The notes under the pieces are model-generated. The model was not told the DNA's origin and made no database searches. It saw only the letters and a program-made list of their open reading frames with translations. Below, in pieces: positions 8,775-19,271 of a stretch of 64,000 nt of DNA (the first letter of the stretch is position 1; the number at the start of each line of letters is the position of its first letter). A program made the translations under genes and the position numbers. This DNA is from an uncultured Smithella sp. (GTDB lineage: Bacteria > Desulfobacterota > Syntrophia > Syntrophales > Smithellaceae), in NCBI GenBank assembly GCA_964632255.1, contig CAZWCA010000013.1, forward strand, positions 4,477 to 68,476, read 5' to 3'.

Positions 8775-10334
8775 TTAATACGCCCATTTATCAGTTTTTT
8801 CGCTATCGGCAATAAAACATTTACTTAATTTACCGGAGTCCAGCAATGTCCACATTTTTTTACCGGATACTTCGGCGACCAAACTATCTTTGACAATTAA
8901 AACATCCTGGCGGATCAAATCTTCTAATAATGCCCTGATTTGCTTCGGTTCCTTTTTAATAACAGCAGCCAGATGCGGCAAGTGCTCGTCAATTTTGGCA
9001 TGGGAATGATTCATAAAATAAATAATTATTGCCAAGTATATCCAAAGGTTTGTTGATTCCTCAAGAATTACGTTGGAATTTATTAACCGGCGGGAAAATT
9101 CCCGAAGCATATTTACAGCTCCATCCTGGCTTGTATTCAACATATTGTGCAAAATTTGACCGTCGATAACTGCCAAACTGCTTTTTTCACTTGCACGCGC
9201 AGTTGCTGAACGTGAAATATTGATAAGAGAGGCCATTTCGCCAAAATATTGCCCCGGTCCCATTTCGGCCAGTACTTTTCTTACATGGCAATCCAGTTTT
9301 TCCAAGGAAACGCGTCCGGATATCACATAAAAAATTTCATGTCCATTATCACCTTCTTTAAAAATGATGCTGTCTTTTTCATAAACACGGCCAAATTTTT
9401 TAAAAAGACGTTCATTGACTTTTATTACTGGTTTATCAGGTTTCAGTATTGCTCTTTCCAGCAAAAGGATGTCCCGGCGCAGATAAGATGACATTAATTC
9501 CGAACAAAATAAAAAAATCAAGGCATTGTAATATACTCCGACTACCAGAATAACAACGGCGGTCAGTGATCCGAAAATTACGTCATAGCGGGTAAAGTTC
9601 GCAATGTACCAGGTAAAGAATTGTTTGATTATTTCCAGAAAAAATGCGGCAATCGCGCTGCCGGCGATGACAACAGGCAAAGGAATTTTGACAGACGGAA
9701 TAACCCGATAAGCAACGACCAGAAAGAGAGTTGTGATAAAATAAGGAACCAAGTAGCCAAGCACAATTTCCGATGCCCCCGACAGAGCAAAACCCAGGTT
9801 CTTTATGAACCAGGGCGGCCGTGAGATAAGTAAAGCAGTTATATAACTAAATGTTACCGAGGCAATACCGACAAACCAGGCCAGCGGAATCATGGCGATG
9901 GTGTGAAGTTTTGCCACAAAGAAATTACGTTTTTTCGGAGAACGGAAGATAATATCGAGTGATGTAGATAAGGAATCGAAAATAGAGGAGGAAAGCCAAA
10001 TCAGACCAAGAAGACCGGCCCCGCCCAGCACATTTCTTTTTTTCTCGATCTTTCCCAGTTGTTTCAGTAATTTTTCAGATAGAAAACCTTGCCTTAAAGC
10101 CTCTGTAATATCTGCTTTAATATTCGGATATGAATTAAAAACAAACCCGACCATAGCAAAAGTCAGGATAAATAAAGGAATTGCGGAAAGAATGGCATAA
10201 AAAGCAACCGCCGCCGCCTGATTGGTATCGCCGTTGTTGTCGAAACTGTTGATCGCATCAGTCAAAATATCCCAGCCGGTGGCAATTTTCAGTTTCAAAT
10301 CTTCTATTTTTTGCCGCCAATGGGTGGGATTCAT
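8775..10334 (-). CDS. YihY/BrkB-family membrane protein fused to a cyclic-nucleotide-binding (CAP-type) domain
   Basis: N-terminal AAAVAFYAILSAIPLFIL plus about 6 hydrophobic helices (YihY family). C-terminal FKEGDNGHEIFYVISGRVSL...FGEMASL...RSATARA (cNMP-binding beta-barrel), then a further roughly 130 aa. Confidence 0.75.
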   Translation of the reverse strand: MNPTHWRQKIEDLKLKIATGWDILTDAINSFDNNGDTNQAAAVAFYAILSAIPLFILTFAMVGFVFNSYPNIKADITEALRQGFLSEKLLKQLGKIEKKRNVLGGAGLLGLIWLSSSIFDSLSTSLDIIFRSPKKRNFFVAKLHTIAMIPLAWFVGIASVTFSYITALLISRPPWFIKNLGFALSGASEIVLGYLVPYFITTLFLVVAYRVIPSVKIPLPVVIAGSAIAAFFLEIIKQFFTWYIANFTRYDVIFGSLTAVVILVVGVYYNALIFLFCSELMSSYLRRDILLLERAILKPDKPVIKVNERLFKKFGRVYEKDSIIFKEGDNGHEIFYVISGRVSLEKLDCHVRKVLAEMGPGQYFGEMASLINISRSATARASEKSSLAVIDGQILHNMLNTSQDGAVNMLREFSRRLINSNVILEESTNLWIYLAIIIYFMNHSHAKIDEHLPHLAAVIKKEPKQIRALLEDLIRQDVLIVKDSLVAEVSGKKMWTLLDSGKLSKCFIADSEKTDKWAY

Positions 10335-10494
10335 TTTTTAACTCCACCGTAATGTAATTTATCTTTAAATACCCGATTAAATTATCATTATGCATGATTT
10401 AATGATATAATTTTTTCTTTTAATTCTGCCTCAAATAAGGTACTTTTGCAATGGATTTTGAAAAATTGAGCTCGCTTAAAGAAAAGGTTTTTTA

Positions 10495-12126
10495 ATGAAG
10501 AAAACAAGTTTTACCGTATTACTTTTTTTTGTTGTATTCCTTGCCGCCTGCAGTAAGGTGCCGGAATCAAAACAAACTAATACCCGGACAGATCAAAAAC
10601 CCGCCTACGGCGACATGATTGTTCACGGCGGTATCGGCGATGCCAGCAACCTGATTCCTTTACTCGCTTCCGATAAACCATCTCACGATATTGCCGGCCT
10701 GGTTTACAACGGCCTTGTCAAGTACGATAAAAACATTCACATTATCGGTGACTTGGCTGAATCATGGGATATTTCTGAAAACGGTTTGATGATCACTTTC
10801 CATTTACGCAAAGGTGTCAAATGGCACGACGGCCACCCTTTTACCGCTCAGGATGTCCTTTATACTTATCAGGTGACCATCGATCCGAAAACACCGACAG
10901 CTTATTCCGGTGATTTTCTGAAAGTCAAAAAAGCCGAAGTTCTTGACGATTATACCTTCCGGGTTTCTTACGATAAACCTTTTGCACCGGCATTGATCAG
11001 TTGGGGAGCGGCCATCCTGCCCAAGCATTTGCTGGCCGGCAAAGATATTACCCGCAGTCCGCTCACCCGCCATCCTATAGGGACAGGCCCCTACAAATTC
11101 AAGGAATGGGTGGCCGGACAAAAAATCGTCCTTACCTCCAACCACGATTATTATGAAGGCCGGCCCTATATCGACGGCCATATTACCCGCATCATTCCGG
11201 ACATGGCCACTCTTTTTCTGGAACTGCGCAGCCGGGGAATCGATATTTCCGGACTTTCTCCCCTGCAATTTACCCGGCAGACGGAAAATAATTTATTCAA
11301 AAATAATTTCAATAAATATAAATACATGGCCTTTGCTTATACTTACCTGGGATACAATTTAAAGAACCCGCTTTTCGCCGATAAGAGAGTAAGGCAGGCT
11401 ATTTCGTATGCAATTAATAAGGAAGAGATCATCAACGGCGTGCTTTTAGGGCTGGGAAAACCGGCAACCGGTCCTTTCAAACCGGGTACATGGGTATATA
11501 ACGGGAATGTAAAGATTTATAAGTTTAATCCGCAAAAAGCCAAAGAGCTTTTACAGGAGGCGGGCTGGAAGGATAGGAACGGCGACGGGGTCCTGGAAAA
11601 GGACGGCAAACCGTTTGTTTTTGAGCTGGTCTTAAGTCAGGGCAATGAAACACGTCAAAAGTGTGCAGAAATAATTCAAAGGCAGCTTGCGGAAGTGGGC
11701 ATCTCGGTAAAAATCCGTATATTGGAATGGGCCGCTTTTATTAATGATTTTATCAATAAACGGCGCTTCGACACCGTTATTCTGGGCTGGACAATTCCGC
11801 CTGACCCTGATGCCTACGATGTCTGGCATTCGAGTAAAACAGCGCCGGAGGAATTGAATTTTATTTCTTACAAGAATACGGAAGTGGATGAACTGCTGGA
11901 AAAAGGCCGCAGTACTTTTAATCAAAATGAAAGAAAAAAATATTATGACCGTTTCCAGGAAATCCTGGCCGAAGATCAGCCTTATACCTTTCTTTTCGTC
12001 CCGGATGAATTGGTCATCATCAACAAACGCTTTCACGGAATTGAACCCGCGCCTATCGGCCTGGAATATAATTTCATCAAATGGTTTGTTCCCAAAGATG
12101 AACAAAGATTTGTAATGACACGATAA
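10495..12126 (+). CDS. ABC transporter substrate-binding lipoprotein, family 5 (peptide/nickel type)
   Basis: Lipobox FLAAC. LVKYD...LAESWDISENG...FHLRKGVKWHDG...TGPYKF are family-5 SBP signatures. Confidence 0.85.
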   Translation: MKKTSFTVLLFFVVFLAACSKVPESKQTNTRTDQKPAYGDMIVHGGIGDASNLIPLLASDKPSHDIAGLVYNGLVKYDKNIHIIGDLAESWDISENGLMITFHLRKGVKWHDGHPFTAQDVLYTYQVTIDPKTPTAYSGDFLKVKKAEVLDDYTFRVSYDKPFAPALISWGAAILPKHLLAGKDITRSPLTRHPIGTGPYKFKEWVAGQKIVLTSNHDYYEGRPYIDGHITRIIPDMATLFLELRSRGIDISGLSPLQFTRQTENNLFKNNFNKYKYMAFAYTYLGYNLKNPLFADKRVRQAISYAINKEEIINGVLLGLGKPATGPFKPGTWVYNGNVKIYKFNPQKAKELLQEAGWKDRNGDGVLEKDGKPFVFELVLSQGNETRQKCAEIIQRQLAEVGISVKIRILEWAAFINDFINKRRFDTVILGWTIPPDPDAYDVWHSSKTAPEELNFISYKNTEVDELLEKGRSTFNQNERKKYYDRFQEILAEDQPYTFLFVPDELVIINKRFHGIEPAPIGLEYNFIKWFVPKDEQRFVMTR

Positions 12127-12154
12127 TCTTCAATCAGATTATTTGTCCAACTTT

Positions 12155-13267
12155 TTATCTGCTGCCTGTTGGTTGAGGAGTTCCGCAGGGGGTAAAGACG
12201 ATCTGCCACAACTGGACATTACGCGCACGAAACGCTCCGGCACAGGACAACAGGTAATAATCCCACATCCTTTTGAATGTTTCGTCATAATTATTTTTCA
12301 ATTTGTGCCAGGCTTTTTGAAAATTTTCGTACCAGGCCAGCAACGTCTTTTCATAATGAGGCCCCATGTTGTGCAGATCCTCAACGACAAAGAGTCCTTC
12401 TACCGCTTTGCCGATCTGGGCGATGCTGGGCAACATCCCGTTAGGAAAGATATATTTGGTTATCCATGGATCGCATTTGATCGTGGAAAGATTGCCGCCG
12501 ATTGTATGCAGCAGGAAAATCCCGTTATCTTTCAGACAGCGATGAACCGTCTTCATGAAAGTTGGATAGTTTTTTTGACCGACGTGCTCAAACATGCCCA
12601 CAGAAATGATTTTATCAAATTTTCCTTTTATATCACGGTAGTCGCAAGCAATGATATTTACCGGCAGACTCCTGCAAAAATTTCGCGCATAACTGAGTTG
12701 TTCGCCGGCTATGTTAACGGCGGTAACTTTGCAGCCGTATCGTTCGGCCATATATCCGGCGAGCCCTCCCCAGCCGCAGCCGATGTCGAGAACGTGATCA
12801 CTTCGACGAAGATTAATCTTTTTGCAGATCAGATCCATTTTTTTAATCTGCGCATCGTTTAAATATTCCGTGTTGTCGAAATAGGCGCAACTATATTGAT
12901 TATAAGGGTCCAGGAAGGAGAGAAATAAATCATTGCCCAGATTATAATGGCGTTCAGCCACTATGGAGGAGCGGCTTTTTGACTGCAGGTTAAAAATTGC
13001 GGCTGTTAAAGAATTGATGAGAAACTTGTATCCCGCCTTGATTTTTTGATCGAGTCCGGCTTCCAATATCCGGCAAATGAATTCATCAAGCTTCCCGCAA
13101 TCCCACCAGCCTTCCATGTAAGCTTCACCGAGTCCTAAACTCTTTTTTTTAAGCACATGCGAAAAGGTTCGGTCATCCCTGATCTGAATATCCCATGGAT
13201 TACCACCGTTAATCGTAACTCCGGCAGAAGCCAGCATTTGTTCGACAATATTCCTCTGGTTCAACAT
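12155..13267 (-). CDS. cfa: Cyclopropane-fatty-acyl-phospholipid synthase
   Basis: HYNLGNDLF...YSCAYF...VLDIGCGWGGLA...SVGMFEHVG...WRMWDYYL(L)SCAGAFR are CMAS family motifs. Confidence 0.9.
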   Translation of the reverse strand: MLNQRNIVEQMLASAGVTINGGNPWDIQIRDDRTFSHVLKKKSLGLGEAYMEGWWDCGKLDEFICRILEAGLDQKIKAGYKFLINSLTAAIFNLQSKSRSSIVAERHYNLGNDLFLSFLDPYNQYSCAYFDNTEYLNDAQIKKMDLICKKINLRRSDHVLDIGCGWGGLAGYMAERYGCKVTAVNIAGEQLSYARNFCRSLPVNIIACDYRDIKGKFDKIISVGMFEHVGQKNYPTFMKTVHRCLKDNGIFLLHTIGGNLSTIKCDPWITKYIFPNGMLPSIAQIGKAVEGLFVVEDLHNMGPHYEKTLLAWYENFQKAWHKLKNNYDETFKRMWDYYLLSCAGAFRARNVQLWQIVFTPCGTPQPTGSR

Positions 13268-13556
13268 TTTATTCCCCCCTTTAACTCCCGGGTCAATAAA
13301 ATCTGACTTACCGACAGGAATTCAAACCTAAGCAAAATTATAGGATCAAAACTGCATCCATTGTTTCAATGATGGCTGCGCTTCAATGGCGGGTTTGTTC
13401 AGTCAATACTTTCGTTTTTCAAAGGATTTTTCCATTGATACACAAAAATTATATGAGCACACTTTATAGGCGTCAAGGGAGAGTCTTTGTAGTTTTTTGA
13501 TAGTATTTCTATATTAAAAGAATGTTGTGGTTAAAAAGAGGAGATAAAGGTTGATG

Positions 13557-14126
13557 TCAGGCAAAATCACCTTCCAGAGCGGTAGCGTCAACGGTGCCCA
13601 TGTCCTTAACATTTGATTTGAAATGCTTAATGCCAATGGATATTGCTTTTGCATTGGCGGCGGAAGTGACAATACGGGCGGTCATATTCGCCAGCTTTTC
13701 GACATCGCGGGACAAATAATCGAAAAATCCGGTAATCATTGATTCCACAACAGCGGCCAAAGCAAGACTGCTGCGGTTTTCGCCCGGCAAATCACAAGCA
13801 AAATCATTGATCTTCATACCGGCCACTGCTTCGGTAATTTCATAAGCAGAGGTATAAATCTTTTCGTAATTGATTTCGGCAAGTTTTCCCAATCCGAAAA
13901 GAAAAAGAATTTCGGCACCGATACGTCCGGGGAAGGGAATTATGACTTTTTCCCGGAATTCTCCTGTGATTCGTCCAGCTTTGATTTCCCGGGAAATAAA
14001 ACCATTGATACGCCAGTCAATTAATCCGCAAATTCCGCGCGGCGGCTTTTCATCTGTAAAAATACCCAGGGCAAGGCATTTGTGCAGAGGGATGTCCGGC
14101 GGTTCAGGTGCGAGAATTACTTGCAT
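13557..14126 (-). CDS. Conserved hypothetical protein (possibly M17 aminopeptidase N-terminal-like fold)
   Basis: 189-aa ORF overlapping the nusB stop, so translationally coupled in the rib-nusB operon. The domain assignment comes from memory of similar proteins only. Confidence 0.35.
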   Translation of the reverse strand: MQVILAPEPPDIPLHKCLALGIFTDEKPPRGICGLIDWRINGFISREIKAGRITGEFREKVIIPFPGRIGAEILFLFGLGKLAEINYEKIYTSAYEITEAVAGMKINDFACDLPGENRSSLALAAVVESMITGFFDYLSRDVEKLANMTARIVTSAANAKAISIGIKHFKSNVKDMGTVDATALEGDFA

Positions 14127-14535
14127 TTTCCTTCTCTAATTTCAAATTAATGGCATCCAGAATACCATTAATAAAAGCCCCCGAATTTTCGGAACCGAAT
14201 GTTTTCCCCAGATCAATTGCTTCATTTAAGGTGACTTTGGGTGGAATATCCGGACAGTAAAGAAATTCAAACACCGCCAAACGTAAAATACTGATATCCA
14301 CTTTGGGCATCCGGCTCAGCGACCAGTTCTCCGAACTGTCGGCAATCAGCCCATCGAGCTCATTTCTGTGGCTCCAGGTACCTTCCACCAGACACTCGGC
14401 AAAATCCTTCGCTTCTTTCGGAGCAATAAAATTGCCCCAGAAAAGATCAAGAGCTTTCTGAACATCCAGATTTACAAAATTAAGACTATAAAGAACCTGT
14501 AAGGCAACTTCGCGTGCCTTTCTCCTTGCGTGCAT
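14104..14535 (-). CDS. nusB: Transcription antitermination factor NusB
   Basis: MHARRKAREVALQVLY... is the classic NusB N-terminus, so the start is taken at the internal ATG of track ORF 14104..14580. Confidence 0.9.
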   Translation of the reverse strand: MHARRKAREVALQVLYSLNFVNLDVQKALDLFWGNFIAPKEAKDFAECLVEGTWSHRNELDGLIADSSENWSLSRMPKVDISILRLAVFEFLYCPDIPPKVTLNEAIDLGKTFGSENSGAFINGILDAINLKLEKENASNSRT

Positions 14536-14634
14536 TAAAACCTCAAAACTTAAACAGCAAATCGCTGTAAACAAGAACAAGGGGTTGCAACCCCTTGTTC
14601 CATTTCATTTAAAGTTATTCTGGAAAACCAGCTA

Positions 14635-15102
14635 TTACTCAATCTTTCTGATCAGATCCACCATTTCTATTGCGGACATGGCGGCGTCGGCGCCTTTATT
14701 GCCTGACTTCGTACCGGCGCGTTCAATGGCCTGCTCAATGTTGTCCGTTGTCAAAACACCAAAAATCACCGGAACTTCCATTTCGAGTCCTACCATGGCA
14801 ACGCCCTTGGTTACTTCGGCGCTTATGTATTCAAAATGAGGAGTTGCTCCGCGAATTACGGCTCCCAGACAGATAATTGCATCAAAACGGTTGCTTTTAG
14901 CCAGCTTTTTTGCCGTCAAAGGCAACTCAAAGGCTCCGGGTACTTTATAAATTATGATGTCTTTTTCGTCAGCCCCGGCTCTGGTTAAAGCATCAATAGC
15001 CCCATCAATCAACCTTCCGCAGATAAAATCATTAAATCGACTGGCGACAATGCCAAATTTCATTCCTTTGGCGACAATTTTTCCCTCTATTAATTTCGGC
15101 AT
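14635..15102 (-). CDS. ribH: 6,7-dimethyl-8-ribityllumazine synthase
   Basis: FGIVASRFN...VPGAFELP...[18 protein letters not shown]. Confidence 0.95.
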   Translation of the reverse strand: MPKLIEGKIVAKGMKFGIVASRFNDFICGRLIDGAIDALTRAGADEKDIIIYKVPGAFELPLTAKKLAKSNRFDAIICLGAVIRGATPHFEYISAEVTKGVAMVGLEMEVPVIFGVLTTDNIEQAIERAGTKSGNKGADAAMSAIEMVDLIRKIE

Positions 15103-15121
15103 GACTACTTACCATCCTTGT

Positions 15122-16324
15122 CTATAATTTTAATAGATGCCCCATCTTATCCTGCTTAGTCTTCATATACCTGATATTGTTTTCATTAGGATCGATTTCA
15201 ATGGGAACCCGCTTGACAATTTCAATCCCGTAACCCTCCAGACCAACAATTTTCTTGGGATTATTGGTCATTAATTTCATCTTATGTACCCCCAGATCAA
15301 CAAGAATCTGGGCGCCGATACCGTAGTCTCTTAAATCGGGTTTGAATCCTAAAGCCAGATTGGCTTCAACCGTATCCTGCCCCTGTTCCTGCAGGGCATA
15401 AGCTTTGATTTTATTCACAAGACCGATTCCCCGGCCTTCCTGACGCATGTAGACAATTACACCTTTGCCTTCTCTCGCCACCATGGCCATCGCCCGGTGC
15501 AGTTGATCGCCGCAGTCGCACCGTTCGGAGCCAAACAAATCTCCAGTAAGGCACTCGGAATGGACGCGAACCAGTACTTCATCGTCGGCCGTAATATCAC
15601 CTTTAACTAAAGCGATGTGCTGCCAGTCATCCGCATCATTTTCATAAACGATAATTTTAAAGTCCCCGCCAAAACAGGTCGGAATTGTCGCCTCGGCCAT
15701 TCTACGAATGAGTGACTCGTTCTGCATCCGGTAATCGATAAGATCGGCAATGGTAACAATCTTCAAGCCATGCTCCTGGGCAAATATTTCCAAATCGGCC
15801 ATTCGCGCCATCGTTCCGTCATCTTTCATGACTTCACAGATAACCCCGGAGGGAGTCAAACCGGCCAACCGGCATAAATCCACCGAGCCTTCCGTCTGTC
15901 CTGTACGCACCAGAACACCGCCCTTACGGGCAATGATCGGGAAAACGTGACCGGGACTTACCAAATCGTCCGCTTTGGCTGCGGGATTCACCGCCGCCTG
16001 AATAGTTGTGGCCCGGTCCGCCGCCGATATTCCGGTGCTTACGCCGTGGCGCGCTTCAATCGAGACGGTAAAGGCCGTCTGGAAGCGTGCTTTATTTTCC
16101 TGCACCATGGGACGGAGATTTAGTTTGGCCGCTAATTCTTCATTTATCGTTAAACAAATTAAACCACGGCCATAACGCGCCATGAAATTGATTGCTTCCG
16201 GTGTAACAAATTGCGCCGCCATGCAAAGATCGCCTTCGTTTTCCCGATCTTCGTCGTCAACGAGAATTACCATCTTCCCGTTGCGAATATCCTCAATTGC
16301 TTCCTGAATGCTGCTTATCGCCAT
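15122..16324 (-). CDS. ribBA: Bifunctional 3,4-dihydroxy-2-butanone-4-phosphate synthase / GTP cyclohydrolase II
   Basis: [11 protein letters not shown] (DHBP synthase) and HSECLTGD...CDCG...GRGIGL (GTP cyclohydrolase II). Confidence 0.95.
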   Translation of the reverse strand: MAISSIQEAIEDIRNGKMVILVDDEDRENEGDLCMAAQFVTPEAINFMARYGRGLICLTINEELAAKLNLRPMVQENKARFQTAFTVSIEARHGVSTGISAADRATTIQAAVNPAAKADDLVSPGHVFPIIARKGGVLVRTGQTEGSVDLCRLAGLTPSGVICEVMKDDGTMARMADLEIFAQEHGLKIVTIADLIDYRMQNESLIRRMAEATIPTCFGGDFKIIVYENDADDWQHIALVKGDITADDEVLVRVHSECLTGDLFGSERCDCGDQLHRAMAMVAREGKGVIVYMRQEGRGIGLVNKIKAYALQEQGQDTVEANLALGFKPDLRDYGIGAQILVDLGVHKMKLMTNNPKKIVGLEGYGIEIVKRVPIEIDPNENNIRYMKTKQDKMGHLLKL

Positions 16325-16341
16325 TTTTTATTCCTTTTTTT

Positions 16342-16977
16342 TCACTTAATAAAGCCATGCCCGGCAAGAAAGTCCATATCTATTCCCTGCGAAGTTTGCA
16401 ATAATTTTTCTACATACTTGCCCAAAATATCCGTTTCGATATTCACCTGCTGCGCTTCTTTTTTCATTACCAAGGTTGTGTTAGCCACGGTATGGGGAAT
16501 AATATTCACGTAAAACCGGCCTTTTTCCACCTTGTTTACGGTTAAACTTATTCCATCTATGGCCACAGATCCCTTCTCAACAATATATCTGGACAATTTC
16601 CCGTCCATTTCCAAAGCGAAAATAAGCGAGCCCGACTTCTGCGTTCGCGAAAGGATTCTGGAGGTGCCGTCAACATGGCCCAGGACAAAATGGCCACCGA
16701 CAAAGCCACCCACGCGCAAAGATTTTTCCAAATTAACGATGTCACCGGATTTTAAATTTTTCAGCGTTGTCTTGCTCAACGTTTCAGCGGATACATCGGC
16801 TGCGAAAGTTTTTTCCGCCTTGGCTGTAACCGTAAGGCAGGCGCCATTCACCGCAATGCTGTCACCGATTGCAACATCGGTCAAGTTAATGCCGCCTTCA
16901 ATTTCCAAAACAGCATCGGCGCCTTTCATGGTCAGGCGCTTGATCTTGCCCTGTCCTTCCACAATCCCGGTAAACAT
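16342..16977 (-). CDS. ribE: Riboflavin synthase alpha chain
   Basis: MFTGIVEGQGKI...GDSIAVNGACLTV...SVAIDGISLTV (duplicated lumazine-binding repeats). Confidence 0.95.
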   Translation of the reverse strand: MFTGIVEGQGKIKRLTMKGADAVLEIEGGINLTDVAIGDSIAVNGACLTVTAKAEKTFAADVSAETLSKTTLKNLKSGDIVNLEKSLRVGGFVGGHFVLGHVDGTSRILSRTQKSGSLIFALEMDGKLSRYIVEKGSVAIDGISLTVNKVEKGRFYVNIIPHTVANTTLVMKKEAQQVNIETDILGKYVEKLLQTSQGIDMDFLAGHGFIK

Positions 16978-16984
16978 AAAATTA

Positions 16985-17443
16985 TTATTTATCCTTATTC
17001 AACAAATCCTTCAATTCCGCCATAAATTCACCAACATCACGGAACTGGCGATAGACTGAGGCAAACCGGACATAGGCGACACCGTCAAGAGCCTTGAGTT
17101 CATTCATAACTTTTTCGCCGACAACCGTCGAAGGAATTTCTTCGCCCTGGTATTCCTGACAGTCCTGTTCAACGCTATCCACAAGTTTTTCTATTGCCTC
17201 CATGCTGATCGGACGCTTTTCACAGGCTTTCATCACTCCCGAGCGGATTTTCATGCGATCAAACACTTCACGGCGGCCGTCTTTCTTCACAACCATCGGC
17301 AAAATATCTTCGACAAATTCATAAGTAGTAAAACGCTTGCCGCAAGCCAGACATTCACGGCGGCGGCGGATAGCTTTGCCGTCTTTGCTGATCCGTGAAT
17401 CGATAACCTTATTTTCGGCATTAGTGCAAAAAGGACATTTCAT
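16985..17443 (-). CDS. nrdR: Transcriptional repressor NrdR
   Basis: MKCPFC...KVIDSR...[17 protein letters not shown] (zinc ribbon plus ATP-cone). Confidence 0.95.
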   Translation of the reverse strand: MKCPFCTNAENKVIDSRISKDGKAIRRRRECLACGKRFTTYEFVEDILPMVVKKDGRREVFDRMKIRSGVMKACEKRPISMEAIEKLVDSVEQDCQEYQGEEIPSTVVGEKVMNELKALDGVAYVRFASVYRQFRDVGEFMAELKDLLNKDK

Positions 17444-17456
17444 AATTCCTGTTTAC

Positions 17457-17948
17457 CTATATTTGTTCTACTATGACACCGGCTTCTTTGAGCATTTCAA
17501 CAGCCAAATCGTCGGAATAACCGTCGCGGATTACAATTCGGGCGATTCCGGCATTGATGATCATTTTCGCACAAATGACGCAGGGATGATTGGTGCAATA
17601 AAGAGTAGATCCTTTGGTGATAACACCATGCAAAGCCGCCTGGATGATAACATTTTGCTCCGCATGCAAACCGCGGCACAGTTCATGGCGTTCTCCGGAG
17701 GGAACGCTCAATTGTTCACGCAGGCAGCCGATATCGAGGCAGTGGGCCAGCTTGGAGGGAGCACCGTTGTATCCTGTGGCCAGAATACGGCGGTCACGCA
17801 CGAGCCCGGCCCCGACAGCCCGCCTGCGGCAGGTGCTGCGCCGGGAAACCAGCTCGACAATATCCAGGAAATATGTGTCCCAATCGGGACGACGGTTAAA
17901 TTTCTCCGGCAGAGCTTCTAAAGATTCAGATTCTTTTTTTTCCGCCAT
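17457..17948 (-). CDS. dCMP (deoxycytidylate) deaminase, ComEB-like
   Basis: HAEQNVI...[14 protein letters not shown] zinc-deaminase motifs. The size and WDTYF N-terminus are typical of dCMP deaminases rather than RibD. Confidence 0.85.
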   Translation of the reverse strand: MAEKKESESLEALPEKFNRRPDWDTYFLDIVELVSRRSTCRRRAVGAGLVRDRRILATGYNGAPSKLAHCLDIGCLREQLSVPSGERHELCRGLHAEQNVIIQAALHGVITKGSTLYCTNHPCVICAKMIINAGIARIVIRDGYSDDLAVEMLKEAGVIVEQI

Positions 17949-17993
17949 ATTTCCCCCTGCTTTGCCAAAATTTATTTTCGGCCGAAAGCAGTC

Positions 17994-19247
17994 TTACAAT
18001 TTTTTTATTCTTTGCTCATAAAGTGGAAATCGATCGCAAAGTTTTTTGACTTCTTTCGCTACGGCCTGAATTTTATTTTCATCGTTTATATTGGCAACAA
18101 CGTCGGCAATGTACGAAGCAATCAGACGCATTTCATTTTCTTTCATGCCGCGCGTCGTCACCGCCGGCGTGCCGATACGAATTCCACTCGTTACCTGCGG
18201 GCCCTTTGTATCAAAAGGTATGCCGTTTTTATTGACTGTAATAGCGGCACGATCCAGTGCTTCCTGCGCTTCCTTGCCGGTTACGCCCTTGGCGGTCAAA
18301 TCAACCAGCATCAGGTGGTTATCCGTTCCACCGGAGACGAGACGGAAACCCTGATTTTTCAATTCATCAGCCATCGCCTGGGCATTGTTCAGAATTTGTT
18401 GCTGATAATCCTTAAATTCCGGCATCAAAGCCTCTTTAAAGGCAACAGCTTTCGCCGCAATCACATGCATGAGCGGACCACCCTGCGAGCCCGGGAAAAC
18501 CCGGCTGTTCAGAATCTTGGCATAGGGCTCTTTACACATAATCAATCCGCCGCGCGGGCCGCGTAATGTTTTGTGCGTGGTGGACGTGACATATTCGCAA
18601 ACCGGCACCGGCGTCGGATGCAGTCCCACGGCGACAAGTCCGGCAATGTGGGCAATGTCCGACATAATGACGGCGCCGACCTCATCGGCAATTTTCCGGA
18701 AGCGGGTGAAATCAAGAATGCGGGGATAGGCGCTGGCCCCGACAATAATCATCTTCGGTTTATGTTCTTTGGCTAATTTTTCTACCTCGGCGAAATCAAT
18801 CGTTTCCGAATCCTTGTCCACGCCGTAAGGAATAATTTTATAATATTTACCGGAAAAGTTGGCCGGACTGCCGTGCGATAAATGGCCGCCATGGGATAAA
18901 TTCATGCCTAAAACGGTATCACCAGGCTGAAGAGCTGCAAAATAGACGGCCATATTCGCCTGCGTTCCGGAATGCGGCTGAACATTGACATTATCGGCGC
19001 CGAAAAGCTGTTTACAGCGCTCAATGGCGAGATTTTCAACGATATCAACAAATTCACAGCCGCCGTAGTAGCGCTTTCCAGGATAACCTTCGGCGTACTT
19101 ATTGGTCATCACGCATCCCTGAGCTTCCAATACGGCTTCGCTGACAAAATTCTCCGAGGCAATCAGCTCTAATTTTCCTGCCTGTCTGAGTGTTTCCAAA
19201 TCAATGGCATGACTTACTTCCGGATCAACTTTTTCTAAAAAAGACAT
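17994..19247 (-). CDS. glyA: Serine hydroxymethyltransferase
   Basis: LIASENF...[15 protein letters not shown]...[12 protein letters not shown]. Confidence 0.97.
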   Translation of the reverse strand: MSFLEKVDPEVSHAIDLETLRQAGKLELIASENFVSEAVLEAQGCVMTNKYAEGYPGKRYYGGCEFVDIVENLAIERCKQLFGADNVNVQPHSGTQANMAVYFAALQPGDTVLGMNLSHGGHLSHGSPANFSGKYYKIIPYGVDKDSETIDFAEVEKLAKEHKPKMIIVGASAYPRILDFTRFRKIADEVGAVIMSDIAHIAGLVAVGLHPTPVPVCEYVTSTTHKTLRGPRGGLIMCKEPYAKILNSRVFPGSQGGPLMHVIAAKAVAFKEALMPEFKDYQQQILNNAQAMADELKNQGFRLVSGGTDNHLMLVDLTAKGVTGKEAQEALDRAAITVNKNGIPFDTKGPQVTSGIRIGTPAVTTRGMKENEMRLIASYIADVVANINDENKIQAVAKEVKKLCDRFPLYEQRIKKL

Positions 19248-19271
19248 GGGAATTAACTCCTCCTGAAGTCA

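Noticed and set aside
12143-12862. 239-aa plus-strand ORF. Similar long antisense ORFs include 49778..50461, 18012..18566, 16532..17059 and 37093..37434.
   Set aside because: They lie entirely antisense to strongly supported genes (cfa, cheA, glyA, ribE, CoA-transferase). They have low-complexity or odd composition and no SD.
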